Origin: Squalus acanthias
Taxonomy: Eukaryota
Length of the DNA stretch: 64,000 bases
Assembly: GCA_030390025.1 (NCBI GenBank)
Contig: CM059432.1
Location: 51,710,001-51,774,000, forward strand
Reading direction: 5' to 3'
Part shown: positions 10,574-22,797 of the stretch, piece after piece
Layout of the letters: each line of letters starts with the position of its first letter
Numbering within the stretch: position 1 is the first letter of the stretch
The notes under the pieces: generated by a model
Database searches by the model: none
What the model saw: only the letters and a program-made list of their open reading frames with translations
What the model was told of the DNA's origin: nothing
Position numbers and translations under genes: made by a program

Positions 10574-13170
10574 TCATGGCCCAGCCGCACTGTGCTGGAG
10601 AGCACTTTGCTGCAGATCACTGGGGTGCTGCAAGGCCAAGGCTAGGGTATCTGTCATCCTATTTAAGGTGGCATCCAGAGTCTGCAATACCTTGCTCAAG
10701 GCCTGCATGGACTCATATGTTTGCCGCATTTGATGTTCCATATAGTTGGCCAGTCTATCCATGCAAGAAGACATCAACCCACTCATGCTTGAGGCAGGCT
10801 TCTCCAATCTCTCTGCAATTGTGGACAGTGAACTTGGAAGGCCTATCAGTGCATCGCACATTCTCTGCAGCTGCTCAATCATTATCCTCTTCATCGATGG
10901 CCCCTGGGATACAGCATCTGTGTCCAGCTGAGCAGAGCTTGGAGAGAGCTGTGCCCACCGACGCGGACTCTCCACTGCTGTTCACATCACCACCATCTGC
11001 TCTTGCTCACTTGTGAAGTGTACGTCACCGGGTGAAAACCCAACTGTCTGTCTTACTGGTCCCATCGAAGTGCGAATAGCTGAGCTGGTGTATGGTATGC
11101 ATGAGTCATGTGACGGTGCACCCTCAGAATGATTGATCTCCTCTGAGGAATCATCGTCCGTGACCTCCATCAACTCCTGCTGCATGCGCGAAGGCCCTGT
11201 GAGAGATAAAAGACATGAATGAGTACTGGCAAGGTAAGAATGTTACAACTTCTCATTAAGAACATGATCATATATCACTCACTGTTGACATCAAGTCAAC
11301 GTGACTGAGTGTCTTATGAAATGTGGCTGTCTGATATTTAATTGTGTCAGAAGGTAGCTGGGAGGTCCCCATTCCCCATCTCCAACGGCCAGGCACGCCG
11401 AGACTCCACTGATCTCCAGCACCTCCTTCTCTGCACATGTGAGTTGTGAGATGGCTGGAGGGCCACCTTCAGTTCTCTGCCTCTCCCTGCTGTTCTGTGC
11501 TCTCTTCTCCTGCAAGGAGGGGAAGAACAGATCTATGAGTGAGTGTAATTGCATGTGTCCATCCGATGGATATGAGCATAAGTACAATGATGGACAGGTA
11601 AAGCCCCTCTGGTCCATCCAGCCTGTCCCACACAATTGTGATACCTTGTGTTTCACAATATATGCACTCACCACCCCACCCAAAACCATGTGATCTCCTG
11701 GGAGAGGCTAAAAACCCAGGTCAATTTGGGGGAAAAGAATCTGGGAAATTCCTCTCCGACCCATCTAGGTGATCGAAAATAGTCCAGGAGATCACTTTGG
11801 TCCTGAATCCCTTGAAGTACCTATCTTTTGTAAGAGGTGATGTCCGCCCCAACCAGAAACAGGTCCAGCTCTCGCTTGAAGGAATTCTGAGAATCGGTGT
11901 ACACTGCACGAGACGACAGCCTGTTCCAGAGGTCCATTATTCTCTGGGAAAAGAACCACCTACTGACATCTAGATCTGGCCTTACACAACTTAAAATTGT
12001 GACCCCAGTCCTCCATGACCTATTTAATTGGATCCAACTGTCAACTGGAACGCAATCTGTTCCCTTCATCATCTTATAAACCTCAATCAAATCACTCCTA
12101 AGTCTACGCTTCTCGAAAGTGTGGAGTCCCAACTCTTTTAGCCTATCTGGATAACTAAGCTGTTTTATACTGGGAATTGGTCTAGTGGCCATCCTCTGCA
12201 CCCTTTCAAAAGCCTCAATATCACCCACCATGTGAGGAGATCAAAACTGGACATAGTGTTCCAAGTGAGGCCTGACCAAGGTCTTGTACATGGGCATAAT
12301 AGAATGCCTTGTCTTAAAATCAATTGTCCTATGAATGCACCCCAACACTCTATTTGCTCTAGGGATTGGTTCACAGCATTGCTCTTGTACCTTTAGGGAT
12401 CTCCACCTTCTTAAATGCTTTTCCCTGAAGGGTGTATGAATGTGAGCATTCACCCTGTGCACATGCATAACACTGAACTTATCCAAATTAAACATCATTT
12501 GCTAGTCATGAGCCCAATCTACAACACTTTAAGATCCACCTGAAGCAGTCGAGCATTGTCTACTGTTCTAACACTCGCACAGGAGAGCATTTGGTGAGGG
12601 TGAGTATCAGAGAGAGGCATGACATTGCATAAGAATGAGGATGAGTATCAGTGGTGGATGGATATATGGGGATGTGAGGAAGTGCATAGACAGGGAGGGA
12701 TGGGTGCACCTGGAATGTAAGTGGGTGTGAGGATTGATGTGATGGAGTAGCTTGAGAAGGCAGAGTGAGGGGATGGGCTGATGCGCAGAGCAGGATGTAG
12801 GTGAATGTGGCATTGTACTCACCTTTCTTGACCTGGTTAGGTCATTAAAGCACTTCTTGCACTGCATCAAGGAGCATGGCACTGGGTCATTGGGTCAAAT
12901 CTGTCCCAGTTCTTCTGATGAAAACAATGCCTCAAAATGAGAATAAATGAGTTGAAGCCCAGACAGTAAATATTGGTTTCTATATTGACTCCTGCTGCTG
13001 ACCTCCTCGGCAACCCCCAACCACGCCTTCTTGGTCTCTGCCATAGGTTTCTTCCTCCCATTGCTGGGGAATAGTATCTCCCTCTGGCTCCTCACAGCCC
13101 CCAGCAGCACATCCGGGGAGGCATCATTGAAACGGGCACAGCCTTTGCACGTCTTACTTCCATTCCTCAA
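10574..13170 (-). pseudogene. Harbinger Myb/SANT (trihelix) gene, three exons, disrupted
   Basis: Exon 1 ~13170-12823 (ARFNDASPDVLL..KKAW..QCKKCFNDLTRSRK|gtgagt); exon 2 from ~11509 (EKRAQNSRERQRTEGGPP); exon 3 from ~11196. Confidence 0.85.
11590..12580 (-). mobile_element. CR1-like LINE 3' fragment nested in the Myb intron
   Basis: YKTLVRPHLEHYVQF, FERVQRMATR, KRRLRSDLIEVYK. Confidence 0.85.
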
Positions 13171-14234
13171 CTTCCTCCTCTCTTGTCTTGAACTCTAACA
13201 CCTTCAAATTGCATCTTTGCACTGTCCCTTTAAATAAGGAGTGCAATTGCGTCATGCAGGTCAACATCACGCCCAGTGCCGCTCATTGAATGCCAAACTC
13301 GGAAGTAAAATGATAATGTGGTGGCTGCGTTAAAAAGTCACTGACAGTCTTCCATACTTCATACCGTCCTCCATACACTTAATATACTTCCGGGTTTCCC
13401 ACATGATATTGGACCTCCCCCACCCCACCCCCGCTCCCAGTGCGTCTCCCAGAAAAGATCGGGAGCCTGATTTTCTTCAATTTGAGTGTCATGTTTACCC
13501 ACTTTATCAACTCTGACAGTCACGCCAACATTCCAACTGTCTGATCCTTCTGCTGCAGCAACATAGTCATGTCATTCATACATGCTTTCAGCACGAGCAG
13601 TTCTACCCATTCCAGCACTGCATCTACACTTTCCGTTATCACCCCCTCAGCACCATTTCCATGGTTACTATACAAAAAAACAGTTGTGAGATGGAACATC
13701 GCATTGGTATCCTCACTTCAAGCTGTAGCCACTCTGTCATGTACTCTTTATTTCAAACCAAAAAAAATGTCATTAACAGTATTTATCAAAAATGTTTGGC
13801 AAGCCTTTTTTATTTGCGTGCCAAATTCTTCGCGCAGTGATGCACTTCATGTTGAAAGATGTTTTTCTGTTAAAAGAAACAGTATTGCATCCCTTGCTAA
13901 TGACGTAATCATGACAAAATTGGGTCAAATCTGTCCCAGTTCTTCTGATGAAAACAATGTCTCATAATGAGAATAAATGAGTTGAAGCCCAGACTGTAAA
14001 TATTGGTTTCTATATTGACTCCAATTGAGTGTGGAAAGCATGAATGGACAACTGGAATATAGTAGTGATCTGCTATAGTGAAGCCCTTTCAATGCACAGA
14101 TCTGACTGCAGGAGGGCTGAAAAAAAGATATATATTGAAGCATGATTACATCCCTTCATTGTTGGCACCAACATCAGCACAAAACTATTGGTAATTCTTA
14201 ACACAGAAGTACAGATTGATGCTGCATTTATCAA

Positions 14235-14570
14235 CTGAGGGAATGCTGCACTGGTGGAGGTGCCGTCTTTCAGATGAGACGTTAAACCTACTCAGGTGGA
14301 CCTTAAATATCCCATGGCATTTTTCAAAGAAGAGCAGAGGAGTTTTCCACGGTGCTCTGGCCAATATTTATCCCTGAAATAAACACCTAAAAACTGATTA
14401 TCTGGTCAATATCACATTGCTGTTTGTGGGACCTTCCTGTGTGTAAATTGGGTGCAGCGTTTCCTACACAACAGTGACTACACTTGAAAAGTACTTCATT
14501 GGCTGTAAAGCACATTGGGACATCCTGCAGTCATAAAAAGCGCTATATCAGTGCAAGTCTTTCTTTCTTT
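14235..14570 (+). mobile_element. Deu-domain SINE, 5'-truncated
   Basis: Homologous to 31600-31945; ends GCGCTATAT..GCAAGTCTTTCTTTC. Confidence 0.85.
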
Positions 14571-14727
14571 TTAATGGCAACTCAGATTTTGGCAGCAGTG
14601 CTGTGAGATAATTAAGGTGGCACTACTTTCTCCTCCAGAGAAATGGAAGGAGACCCACCATAAGAAATTATTTTCACCCATAGCACCAGAGAAGGTCCAG
14701 TAATGGCCTAGGAAGCCACTTAGTTGT

Positions 14728-14830
14728 CAAGAAGGCAGCTCACCACCACCTTCTCAAGGGAAATTAGGGATGGGCAATAAATGCTGGCCTTGCCAGCGAC
14801 GCCCACATCCCGTGAATGACTAAAAAAAAG
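14728..14830 (+). mobile_element. LINE/SINE 3' tail fragment
   Basis: CAAGAAGGCAGCTCACCACCACCTTCTCAAGGG..GCCCACATCCCGTGAATG plus A-tail; matches 41968-42070. Confidence 0.8.
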
Positions 14831-15176
14831 TCAGAGCAGTAAAACCCCAAAATCTTTGAGGTTTTCCATTTACTTTCCAGTGCAAACCTTCCACAGACAT
14901 ATGAAAATATTGATTGGCATCTTCAACCAACTGTGCATGCGCAGCCTTGCACAAGTGTAGCTATTTGTACATCAAAGTGTAAGAGGGACAAATGCCACAG
15001 GACAAGGAACTCCAGCACATTACAGAGTCATTTCTACTTAAACTCAACATTTAGGCAATTTCTCTGGAAGTGTTAGATCAATCATATGTCCAAGTGTTAA
15101 ACTGAACCTCTTGGAAAGGATCAAGGATGTCTAATTTGCAAAACCTGTCAAAAAAATCAGAGTTTCACCTTATTAT

Positions 15177-16920
15177 ACATAGATACATAGATACATAGAA
15201 GATAGGAGCAGGAGTAGGCCATCCGGCCCTTCGAGCCTGCTCCGCCATTTAATGTGATCATGGCTGATCCTCCAATTCAGTATCCCGTCCCCGCCTTCTC
15301 TCCGTAACCCTTAACCCCTTTTGCCTGTAGAAATATATCTAATTCCCTCTTAAATATATTTAATGAGCTGGCGTACACTGCCCTCTGTGGCAATGAGTTC
15401 CACAGGTTCACCACTCTCTGAGTGAAGAAATTTCCCCTAATTTCTGTCCTAAATGGTTTAGCCCTTATCCTTAAATTATGTCCTCTAGTTCTGTTCTCAC
15501 CCGCCAAGGGAAACATTCCTTCTGCATCTAGTCTGTCTAGACCTGTCAGAATTTTATACACTTCTATGAGGTCCCCTCTCAATCTTCTAAACTCCAGTGT
15601 GTACATCCCTAAACTACATAGTCTCTCCTCATAGGTCAATCCCGCCATTCCTGGTATCAGCCTGGTGAATCGCCGCTGCACCCCCTCCATGGCAAGAACA
15701 TCTTTCCTCAGATGAGGCGACCAAAACTGTACACAGTACTCGAGGTGTGGTCTCACCAGTGCCCTGTACAGCTGCAGCAAGGTATCCCTGTTCCTGTATT
15801 CCAACCCTTTTGCTATGAAGGCCAGCATACCGTTTGCCTTCTTGACCGCCTGTTGCACCTGCATGCTCGCCTTCAGTGACTGGTGTACAAGAACACCCAG
15901 GTCTCTCTGTACTTCCCCCTCTCCCAATTTATTGCCATTTAAATAATAATTTGCCCTCCCGTTCCTGCACCCAAGGTGGATAACTTCGCACTTGTCCACA
16001 TTATAGTGCATCTGCCATTTATCCGCCCAATCACCCAGTCTGTCCAAATCGCTCTGGAGCTTCCTGATCTCCTCCTCTGAGCCCACCCCCCCTCCTAGTT
16101 TGGTGTCGTCTGCAAATTTGGAAATGCTGCATCCGACTCCCTGATCCAGGTCATTAATGTAAATTGTGAACAGCTGGGGACCCAGGACAGATCCCTGTGG
16201 TACCCCACTTGTTACTGCCTGCCATTCAGAAAATGAGCCGTTTATTCCAACTCTCTGTTTTCTATCTGACAGCCAGTTCTCTATCCACGTCAATACTTTC
16301 CCCTTTATCCCATGAGCTTCAATTTTCCATGCTAATCTTTTATGTGGGACCTTATCGAAGGCCTTTTGGAAGTCCAGGTACACCACATCTACTGGCTCTC
16401 CCTCATCTATTTTACCAGTTACTCCCTCAAAAAATTCCAATAGGTTAGTCAAGCACGATTTACCCTTTGTAAATCCATGTTGACTCTGTCCTATCCTGTC
16501 CCCATTTGCTAAGTGCTCCGCTATTTCATCCTTAATGATGGACTCCAGCATTTTGCCCACAACTGATGTAAGGCTTACAGGTCTGTAATTACCTGCTTTT
16601 TCCCTACCCCCCTTTTTGAATAGTGGGGTAACGTTAGCTACCCTCCAATCCATGGGCACTGTTCCCGAGTCTAATGAATTCTGAAAAATCATACTTAGTG
16701 CATCCGCTATCTCTAGTGCCACCTCCTTCAGTACCCTAGGATGCATGTTATCAGGCCCTGGGGATTTGTCCGCCTTCAATCCCTTTAGCTTCCTTAACAC
16801 CATATCCTTAGAGATATTGATTTGCATCAGTTCCTCCTTTGCCAATGTCCCTATTTTTCCCGATATCCTGGGGAGGTTTTTTGTGTCTTCCTTCGTAAAG
16901 ACTGACCCAAAGTATGCATT
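15177..16920 (-). mobile_element. Young 5'-truncated CR1 LINE with an uninterrupted RT/C-terminal ORF2 segment
   Basis: ORF 17004-15277 (CR1 part begins ~AYFGSVF); [26 protein letters not shown]; complete 3' UTR and (ATCTATGT)n tail. Confidence 0.97.
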
Positions 16921-17225
16921 TATGTCTCTCAGAAATGTCTCAATGTGGTTCACATACAATGAATTACTTTGAAATGCAGTGACTATTCTTACGTTGGTAA
17001 ACATGAAGATTTTAGAAACAGCATCAATGACCAGCTGATCTGTTTTTAATTATGTTGGTAGAGGGAGAAATAATGGTGAAAGAACTAAGAGAACTCACTG
17101 CTCTCCTTAGAATAGTAGATGGGATCTTTAATGTCCTCATGAGCCATTAGTTTGACACCTCATTTAAAGGATGCCACCTCTGACGATGCATCACTCCCTT
17201 CATACATCACTGGAATGTCATTCTA
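16921..17225 (-). mobile_element. Old degraded Deu-domain SINE
   Basis: Patchy similarity to the reverse complement of 31590-31900. Confidence 0.55.
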
Positions 17226-17229
17226 AAAA

Positions 17230-17708
17230 ATTTTTTAATTCATTCCTGGGATGTGGACGTCACTGGTAGGGCCAGCATTTATTGCCCATCCCTAATTCCT
17301 GTGTTGTAGCTTCCCCAGGTTGGCACCTCATTTTTAGGTACGCCTGGTGTTGCTCCTGGCATGCTCTTCTACACTTCTCATTGAACCAGGGTTGGTCCCC
17401 TGGCTTGATGGTAATGGTAGAGTGAGGAATATGCTGGGCCATGAGGTTACAGATTGTGGTGGAGTACAATTCTGCTGCTGACGGCCCACAGCGCCTCATG
17501 GATGCCCAGTTTAGAGCTGCTAGATCTGTTCTGAATCTATCCCATTTAGCACGGTGGTAGTGCCACACAACACGATGAGGGGTGTCCTCAGTGAGAAGAC
17601 AGTACTTCGTCTCCATAAGGACTGTGCGGTGGTCACTCCTACCAATACTGTCATGGACAGATGCATCTGCGATAGGTAGATTGGTGAGGATGAGGTCAAG
17701 TGGGATTC
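17230..17708 (-). mobile_element. LINE fragment: endonuclease C-terminal region fused directly to the 3' tail
   Basis: LDLILTN..GRSDH (APE motif), QPWFNEKCRRA, then the GGGATGGGCAATAAATGCTGG tail. Confidence 0.85.
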
Positions 17709-19176
17709 CCTTCATACTTCACTGGAATGTCATTATAAATGTTGTGCTTCCACTACTAGACATTATTAGCACATTTTCTAAATGGTTTACCCAGTGATGT
17801 TTTAAAGGCATGCCAAAGATGATATAGCATTAAATAAAATTATTGCACTTTTCCTCAATCTTGTGGATTACTCGAAAATAGACAAGAGTTGAAGTGGACT
17901 CCTTGAGAACTGTTTTTCTGAATGCATGTTCCCAATGTGACTCCCAGGCGCTGGGACTGCAAATCAGGAAGTCAGGGGTGATGTTCCTACAATTTTCATC
18001 CATTGTTTTAATGGATGGAAAATCATGGGGAGCGTGCCTGCAATTTCCTGATATGTGCTCCCAGTGGGCGCAGCTCCACCCCAGAAGCGTGGATTCATAA
18101 TATGCTTCTGAATTCAGAAAGTAAATGGATTAGCAATTTAAATGAGTGCCGCAGGAATTTGAAGTAAACTCATTAACCAGTGTACTAAAAATAGTGCTTT
18201 GAAAAAATGTCAACTCCCACATCTAACAGTATCGCTTTTAGTGTAAAAAAAAACCAAATCTGAATTGAAACGAAACAAAAGGTCATCTTAAGTTCTTCTT
18301 CCATTTTACTGAATTAATCCATACTCAATGAATTTGCAATATTTTGGAGTCAGGCATTGGGCTTGCTGCCAATCACTCGAGATATGAAATATAAGAAATT
18401 ATTGCAAAATAGATTTGTACTGTAATAATTTATACTAAAAAGTGGCAATAGATGAAAAACAATAATGGGGTGATATAATTCAATCAACTAACTAGACTAA
18501 TTTCAGTCCATAGTGAACTATCTTTGCATGGATCCCATTTTGTTTTCTTCTCTGTCAGAAACTGACAGTAGGTTCACCCAGTGAAGTATTAGCTGTAAGT
18601 AAGCTTGTAAATCCCTGTGATGCAAATACTCTTAGAGCCTTTATATTTTCACAATTTACTTCAAAACCTTCATTTGCTCACTACTTAATGCCATTCCCCA
18701 GTAGATTTGCAGCATCATTACATTATTAACTTTTATAAAGGAGATTTGCAGTGGATTTTTTGGGGCAAAAACAAAACCTCCTTGAACTGTCCCTTCCCCA
18801 TTTGGCACTGTGCTACGATGTTATATATTTAATGTCGTATATCAAATCCGAAAGCAGAACCATTTACTGTGCAGGAAAGAAATTAGATTATTCTTCCAAT
18901 GGTGCCATTGAAGGCACAAAGACAGACCTATTAAAATGCTGGTAAAGAGTTCTTTTCATCTTCACACTTTGAATCATTTTTCTTTCAACAGCTTTTGGGG
19001 ATTTTATATTGCCTTGAAATTGCTTCAGTGTTTGAAGGTAGATGAACTGATGTGTGCACTAAAAACCAGAAGGAAGCAGTAGCACCTGTGGCAAATGCTC
19101 AGTTACAGGATATGATTATTACCAATTATTAATTATAGGTTCACTTATCACAAAAAAAACATTAACTACGATTTGA

Positions 19177-19266
19177 AATAAAAACAGAAAATGCTGGAAA
19201 TATTCAGCAGGTCAGGCAGCATCTGTGGAGAGAGAAACAGAGTTAACGTTTCAGGTCCTTTGGTCA
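19177..19266. mobile_element. Short retroposed fragment (possibly Penelope-like) with a 13-bp TSD
   Basis: AACTACGATTTGA at 19164-19176 and 19267-19279; related piece near 36645-36685. Confidence 0.6.
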
Positions 19267-19377
19267 AACTACGATTTGAGATTGCTTAAAAATTGTATTA
19301 TGTGCAAAAAGTTACTTCAAAAAGTGAAGTTACAGTCTCTTACTCATTCATAAGATCACTTTATGATTACATACCAA

Positions 19378-20082
19378 GGGGGACAAATTGGGTTTCTTTG
19401 CACCTCCCGTTAGTGCCCCCGGGGGAGCTAACGGGGCGCAAAGCCCCTAGCGCCCGGGCACCGTGCCACTAATGTCGCCCGTGAAATTCAGTGGGAGGTT
19501 AGCGGCGGCGGAAGCTGGTAGCGCCCCACGATGACATCATTGCCATGCGCAGCGCCCCGCTTGCACTCCGGCTGCAAACTTCCCTTGCGCCCCCTGACCT
19601 ATCGCCGGACAATATGTCCAACCGGTTCAGGGGGCATTTTGGCAGCAGTGGCGGCGCAAATTAAAGGGCAGGTGCCGGTCGGCCATTTTTCTTTTGGCCA
19701 ACTGCCAGCACCTGCTCCTTCTTACCTCTGTAGTTGGTGTGCCGGCCACAACCACTCAGCCCGGCACTCCTCTTGAGTGCTGGGTTGTTTTCCCGGCACC
19801 CCACTCCCCGGTGGTCCAGCAGGGCTCCGCTGCGCGCAGCACTAGGCCCCCCCCCCTTTAATCGGGGGAGGAGGCTTGCAATGATGTATTGCACGTAGTG
19901 CCGCAAAATTCACTGGTAGCTCCCCAAGAAGGAGGGGGAGCACTTTCCAGTAGTGCCCCACCTCCTGTTTGGGGCGCGATGACTGAATTTACGGCGCAGG
20001 GGCGCTAACTTTTTCAGGGCGCTAAAATTAGCGCCCCGGCGATGTTAGTGCCCCAAAGGGGGCGCCTCCAAATTTTTCCCCA
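19378..20082 (+). mobile_element. Non-autonomous Harbinger-like element, family A
   Basis: GGGGGACAAATT / AATTTTTCCCCA; TSD CAA; colinear with 5678-6424. Confidence 0.9.
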
Positions 20083-20093
20083 CAAGACTTTCT

Positions 20094-22002
20094 AGCCTAG
20101 AAATTCAGTGGTTTGATACCACCCATTAACGCCATAATCAGACGAAAAATTGCAGCAGTCGCTCTTCTGCCAGCTGGCGGTGGGTCCCGTGGCAGCTGCC
20201 ATTTTGGGGTGGCCGGCATCGCTGCCGATAGAAGCAATCACTGAAATGATTGAAATTAAGCAGATCGTGACGTCAGTGAGTGTGCAACGCTCACTTGACG
20301 CCCAATCTGCGAAGTTGAATTTCACCACTACACTTACTGGCATGCCTTAACAATGACAAGCTGAGCAAGCATTGAGAAGCAGGAAGGAGGCTCCCGCAGT
20401 GGTATTTAAAGGGATCATTAGCAATCACTTGCATCTGACCTATTTATGCAGTTTGACTGGCTCTGTGCAACTTTCTACCACTCCACCAGCTTTATTAACT
20501 TCTTTCAAGGTTCTAAGATAACAGGGAGTGTTGTTGCAAGTGGAGAACGTCTTCATTATTTTTTTAAGGCTTCTGCTCACAACACTTGCTCACAGTCATG
20601 GGGGCTGTGCTGGCAGTCGACCTCGCCCTCCAGGATCTTCAGCAGAGGGAGTGGAGGCAGCGAAGAAGGGGAGAATTTCCGCACAGAGGGAGGAAGAGGA
20701 GGGCCAGGAGCATTCTAAACAGGAGGCCTTACCCACCGAGGGTCTTCCGAGAGCACTTCTCTTATATCCATTTAAGCGAGGAGCGGTGTATTAGGAGGCT
20801 ATGCTTCACCAAGGAGGTAGTCACAGAACTCTGCCACCTCCTGCAACCACACCTGCAGCCTGAGAGCAGGGCAACTACGGCTCTCCAAGTGGCAGTCAAG
20901 GTCACCGTGGCCCTCAATTTCTTCGCCAGTGGATCCTTCCAGTCTGCAGCAGGAGACATATCTAACATCTCACAGTTCGCCATCCATCGCTGCATTTGAG
21001 AGGTCACTGATGTTCTGTACAACAGGAGAAGGGACTATGTTGTCTTCTCTCTGAGCAGAGAGAAGCAGGATGAGCGAGCATGTGGCTTTGCCAGGATAGC
21101 GGGCTTCCCTATGGTGCAGGGCGCCATCGACTGCACACATGTGGTTTTGCATATGCTGTAAAACAATCCTGAGATTTTCCATAACTGCAAAGGCTACCAC
21201 TCACCTAATGTGCAGGTGGTGTGCAATCACACCCAGTGATTCCTCAATGTCAATGCCCGTTATCCTGGCAGCAGGCATGATGCCTTCATTCTGCGTCAGT
21301 CCGGTGTGCCAGCAATTTTCCAGCCACCGCAGCAAACTCGAGGATGGCTGTTCGGAGACAAGAGCTATCCACTGTCCACTTGGCTCATGACTCCCCTCCA
21401 CAACCCCAACACTTGTGCCCAGCCATACTTCCACCAGGAACATCATCGAGCAGACCATCGGGCTACTGAAGCAACGGTTCCGCTGTTACATGGTCGGCTA
21501 TCTCCTGCCACATGGTATGGGAGATGTATGGTGAGGGCTTCCTGTCAGTTTGGGGGTAGAGTACAGCCCGCCTCCTCTCCATGGCCACAACAAGTGCCTC
21601 CAGAGTTTTGTCCGAGGACCTCCTGCCTCTCCCTGTTAGGATGCTTTGCCACTGCTTTCAACCAGCAACTCTAACTCCTGCTCCTGCTCCTGCTTGTTGG
21701 GGCAGCTCCAGTTGCAACGGCCCTGACAATGAGGTGCTGTAGCATCAATGCACCTCCCCTTTAAGTGGTGGAAGGAGCCTGTGGCACACATGACTATGAA
21801 TTAGACTGGCCCCGATATTGATCCACCTGTTGAACGTTAAGCCAATGAGCAGCAATTTTAGCGCTGAAATCATGATTACAACCATATTAATGAGGAGTGA
21901 ATATGAATTTTGCATGCCACCTAGACCATTTTGAGGTGGCGCAGCTTAACATCATTTGGCCTTAACACTGCCCATTTCTTAGCTATATCCAATTTCTAGA
22001 CC
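20094..22002 (+). mobile_element. Internally deleted Harbinger (H2a): transposase pseudogene ~20598-21490 (plus) and Myb start remnant (minus)
   Basis: RRPYPPRVFREH, VAVKVTVALNFFASGSFQ, GFPMVQGAIDCTHV, GWLFGDKSYP; ends ..CCTAGAAATT / AATTTCTAGACC. Confidence 0.9.
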
Positions 22003-22460
22003 ACAAGCTCTGGAAACAGTATAGAGAAGAGCCACAAGGCAGATCTCCAGTGTTTGGGGTATGAATTATGAGAAAAGATTGGAGAAATGTAAACTTTTCA
22101 GCCTAGAAAGAATGTGTCTGAGAGGTGATCATATAAAGATATATAAAATTGTTAAAGCTATAGAAAAAGTTAACCCAGAATATTACTTTAAATTAAACTG
22201 TGGGCGTGGAACAAGGGTATGCAGGTTCAAACTAGAGAAGGGTACTTTTAGCACAGATAACAGGAAAATTTTCTCCACACAAAGAATGAACAATATGTGG
22301 AGTAAACCTCATGTAGAGTAAGTGAGACAAAAACCTTGGAATCATTTAAGAAACAACTGGATGCTACGATGGAGGGGAGTTGTTGGAATCTCTTTGGATG
22401 GATAAATCAAATGGGTCAAAAGGCCTTTCTCATACATCATTTTCTTGTGATCTTGTGAAA
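22003..22460 (+). mobile_element. 3' half of a CR1-like LINE (inverted relative to its 5' half at 27914-28880)
   Basis: QALETV*RRATR, YEKRLEKCKLFSLE, LRGDHIKIYKI; tail TTCTTGTGATCTTGTGA. Confidence 0.85.
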
Positions 22461-22797
22461 TATTATAGCTCAGAAGCCTGTATCCTCAGTAAGGTATGAC
22501 CTCTACTCAATCATGTAATATATTGCATCAGTAAATGTGCTGTATTACAGCAATGGGCTGTTGCATTTAGGTTGCAGTGAAACTGTGGTAAACATCAAAA
22601 GCCATGTTCTAAATCCTGGACTACTCATGTCCCAGTGCCATACATTTCCCAGTCAAGAAATCATATAGTACAATGGGATGCATGAATATTCCTCTCGTGA
22701 TTTTTCTCTCCCTCTTTGTAGTGTACAATTGATTCAAGATACAAAGTACTCAGCCAAATGCTATAACTGTGCACTTAAATCTCTGTTAAAGAAATAT

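Larger units (their letters stand above)
8980..13466. mobile_element. Degenerate autonomous-type PIF/Harbinger transposon (H1) with convergent transposase and Myb genes
   Basis: Transposase on plus, spliced Myb/SANT gene on minus; imperfect ends, flanks atg/ctg; nested LINE at 11590-12580. Confidence 0.88.
13468..15146 (-). pseudogene. Decayed coding relic with colinear Timeless N-terminal-domain-like motifs (interrupted by SINE/LINE pieces at 14235-14570 and 14728-14830)
   Basis: Manual translation: MIDLTLP (15085-15065), LHLCKAAHAQ (14960-14931), ASIYIFFSALLQSDL (~14141-14097), CQTFLINTVNDIFFGLK (13801 down), DTNAMFHLTTVFL (13711-13673), GVITESV. One frame runs over 200 codons with only TGA/TAA stops. 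Family assignment is from remembered sequences, not a search. Confidence 0.55.

Noticed and set aside
13569..13967. Plus-strand 132-aa ORF
   Set aside because: Antisense shadow of the minus-strand coding relic. An initial hAT-transposase guess for this region was dropped because no such motifs appeared on translation.
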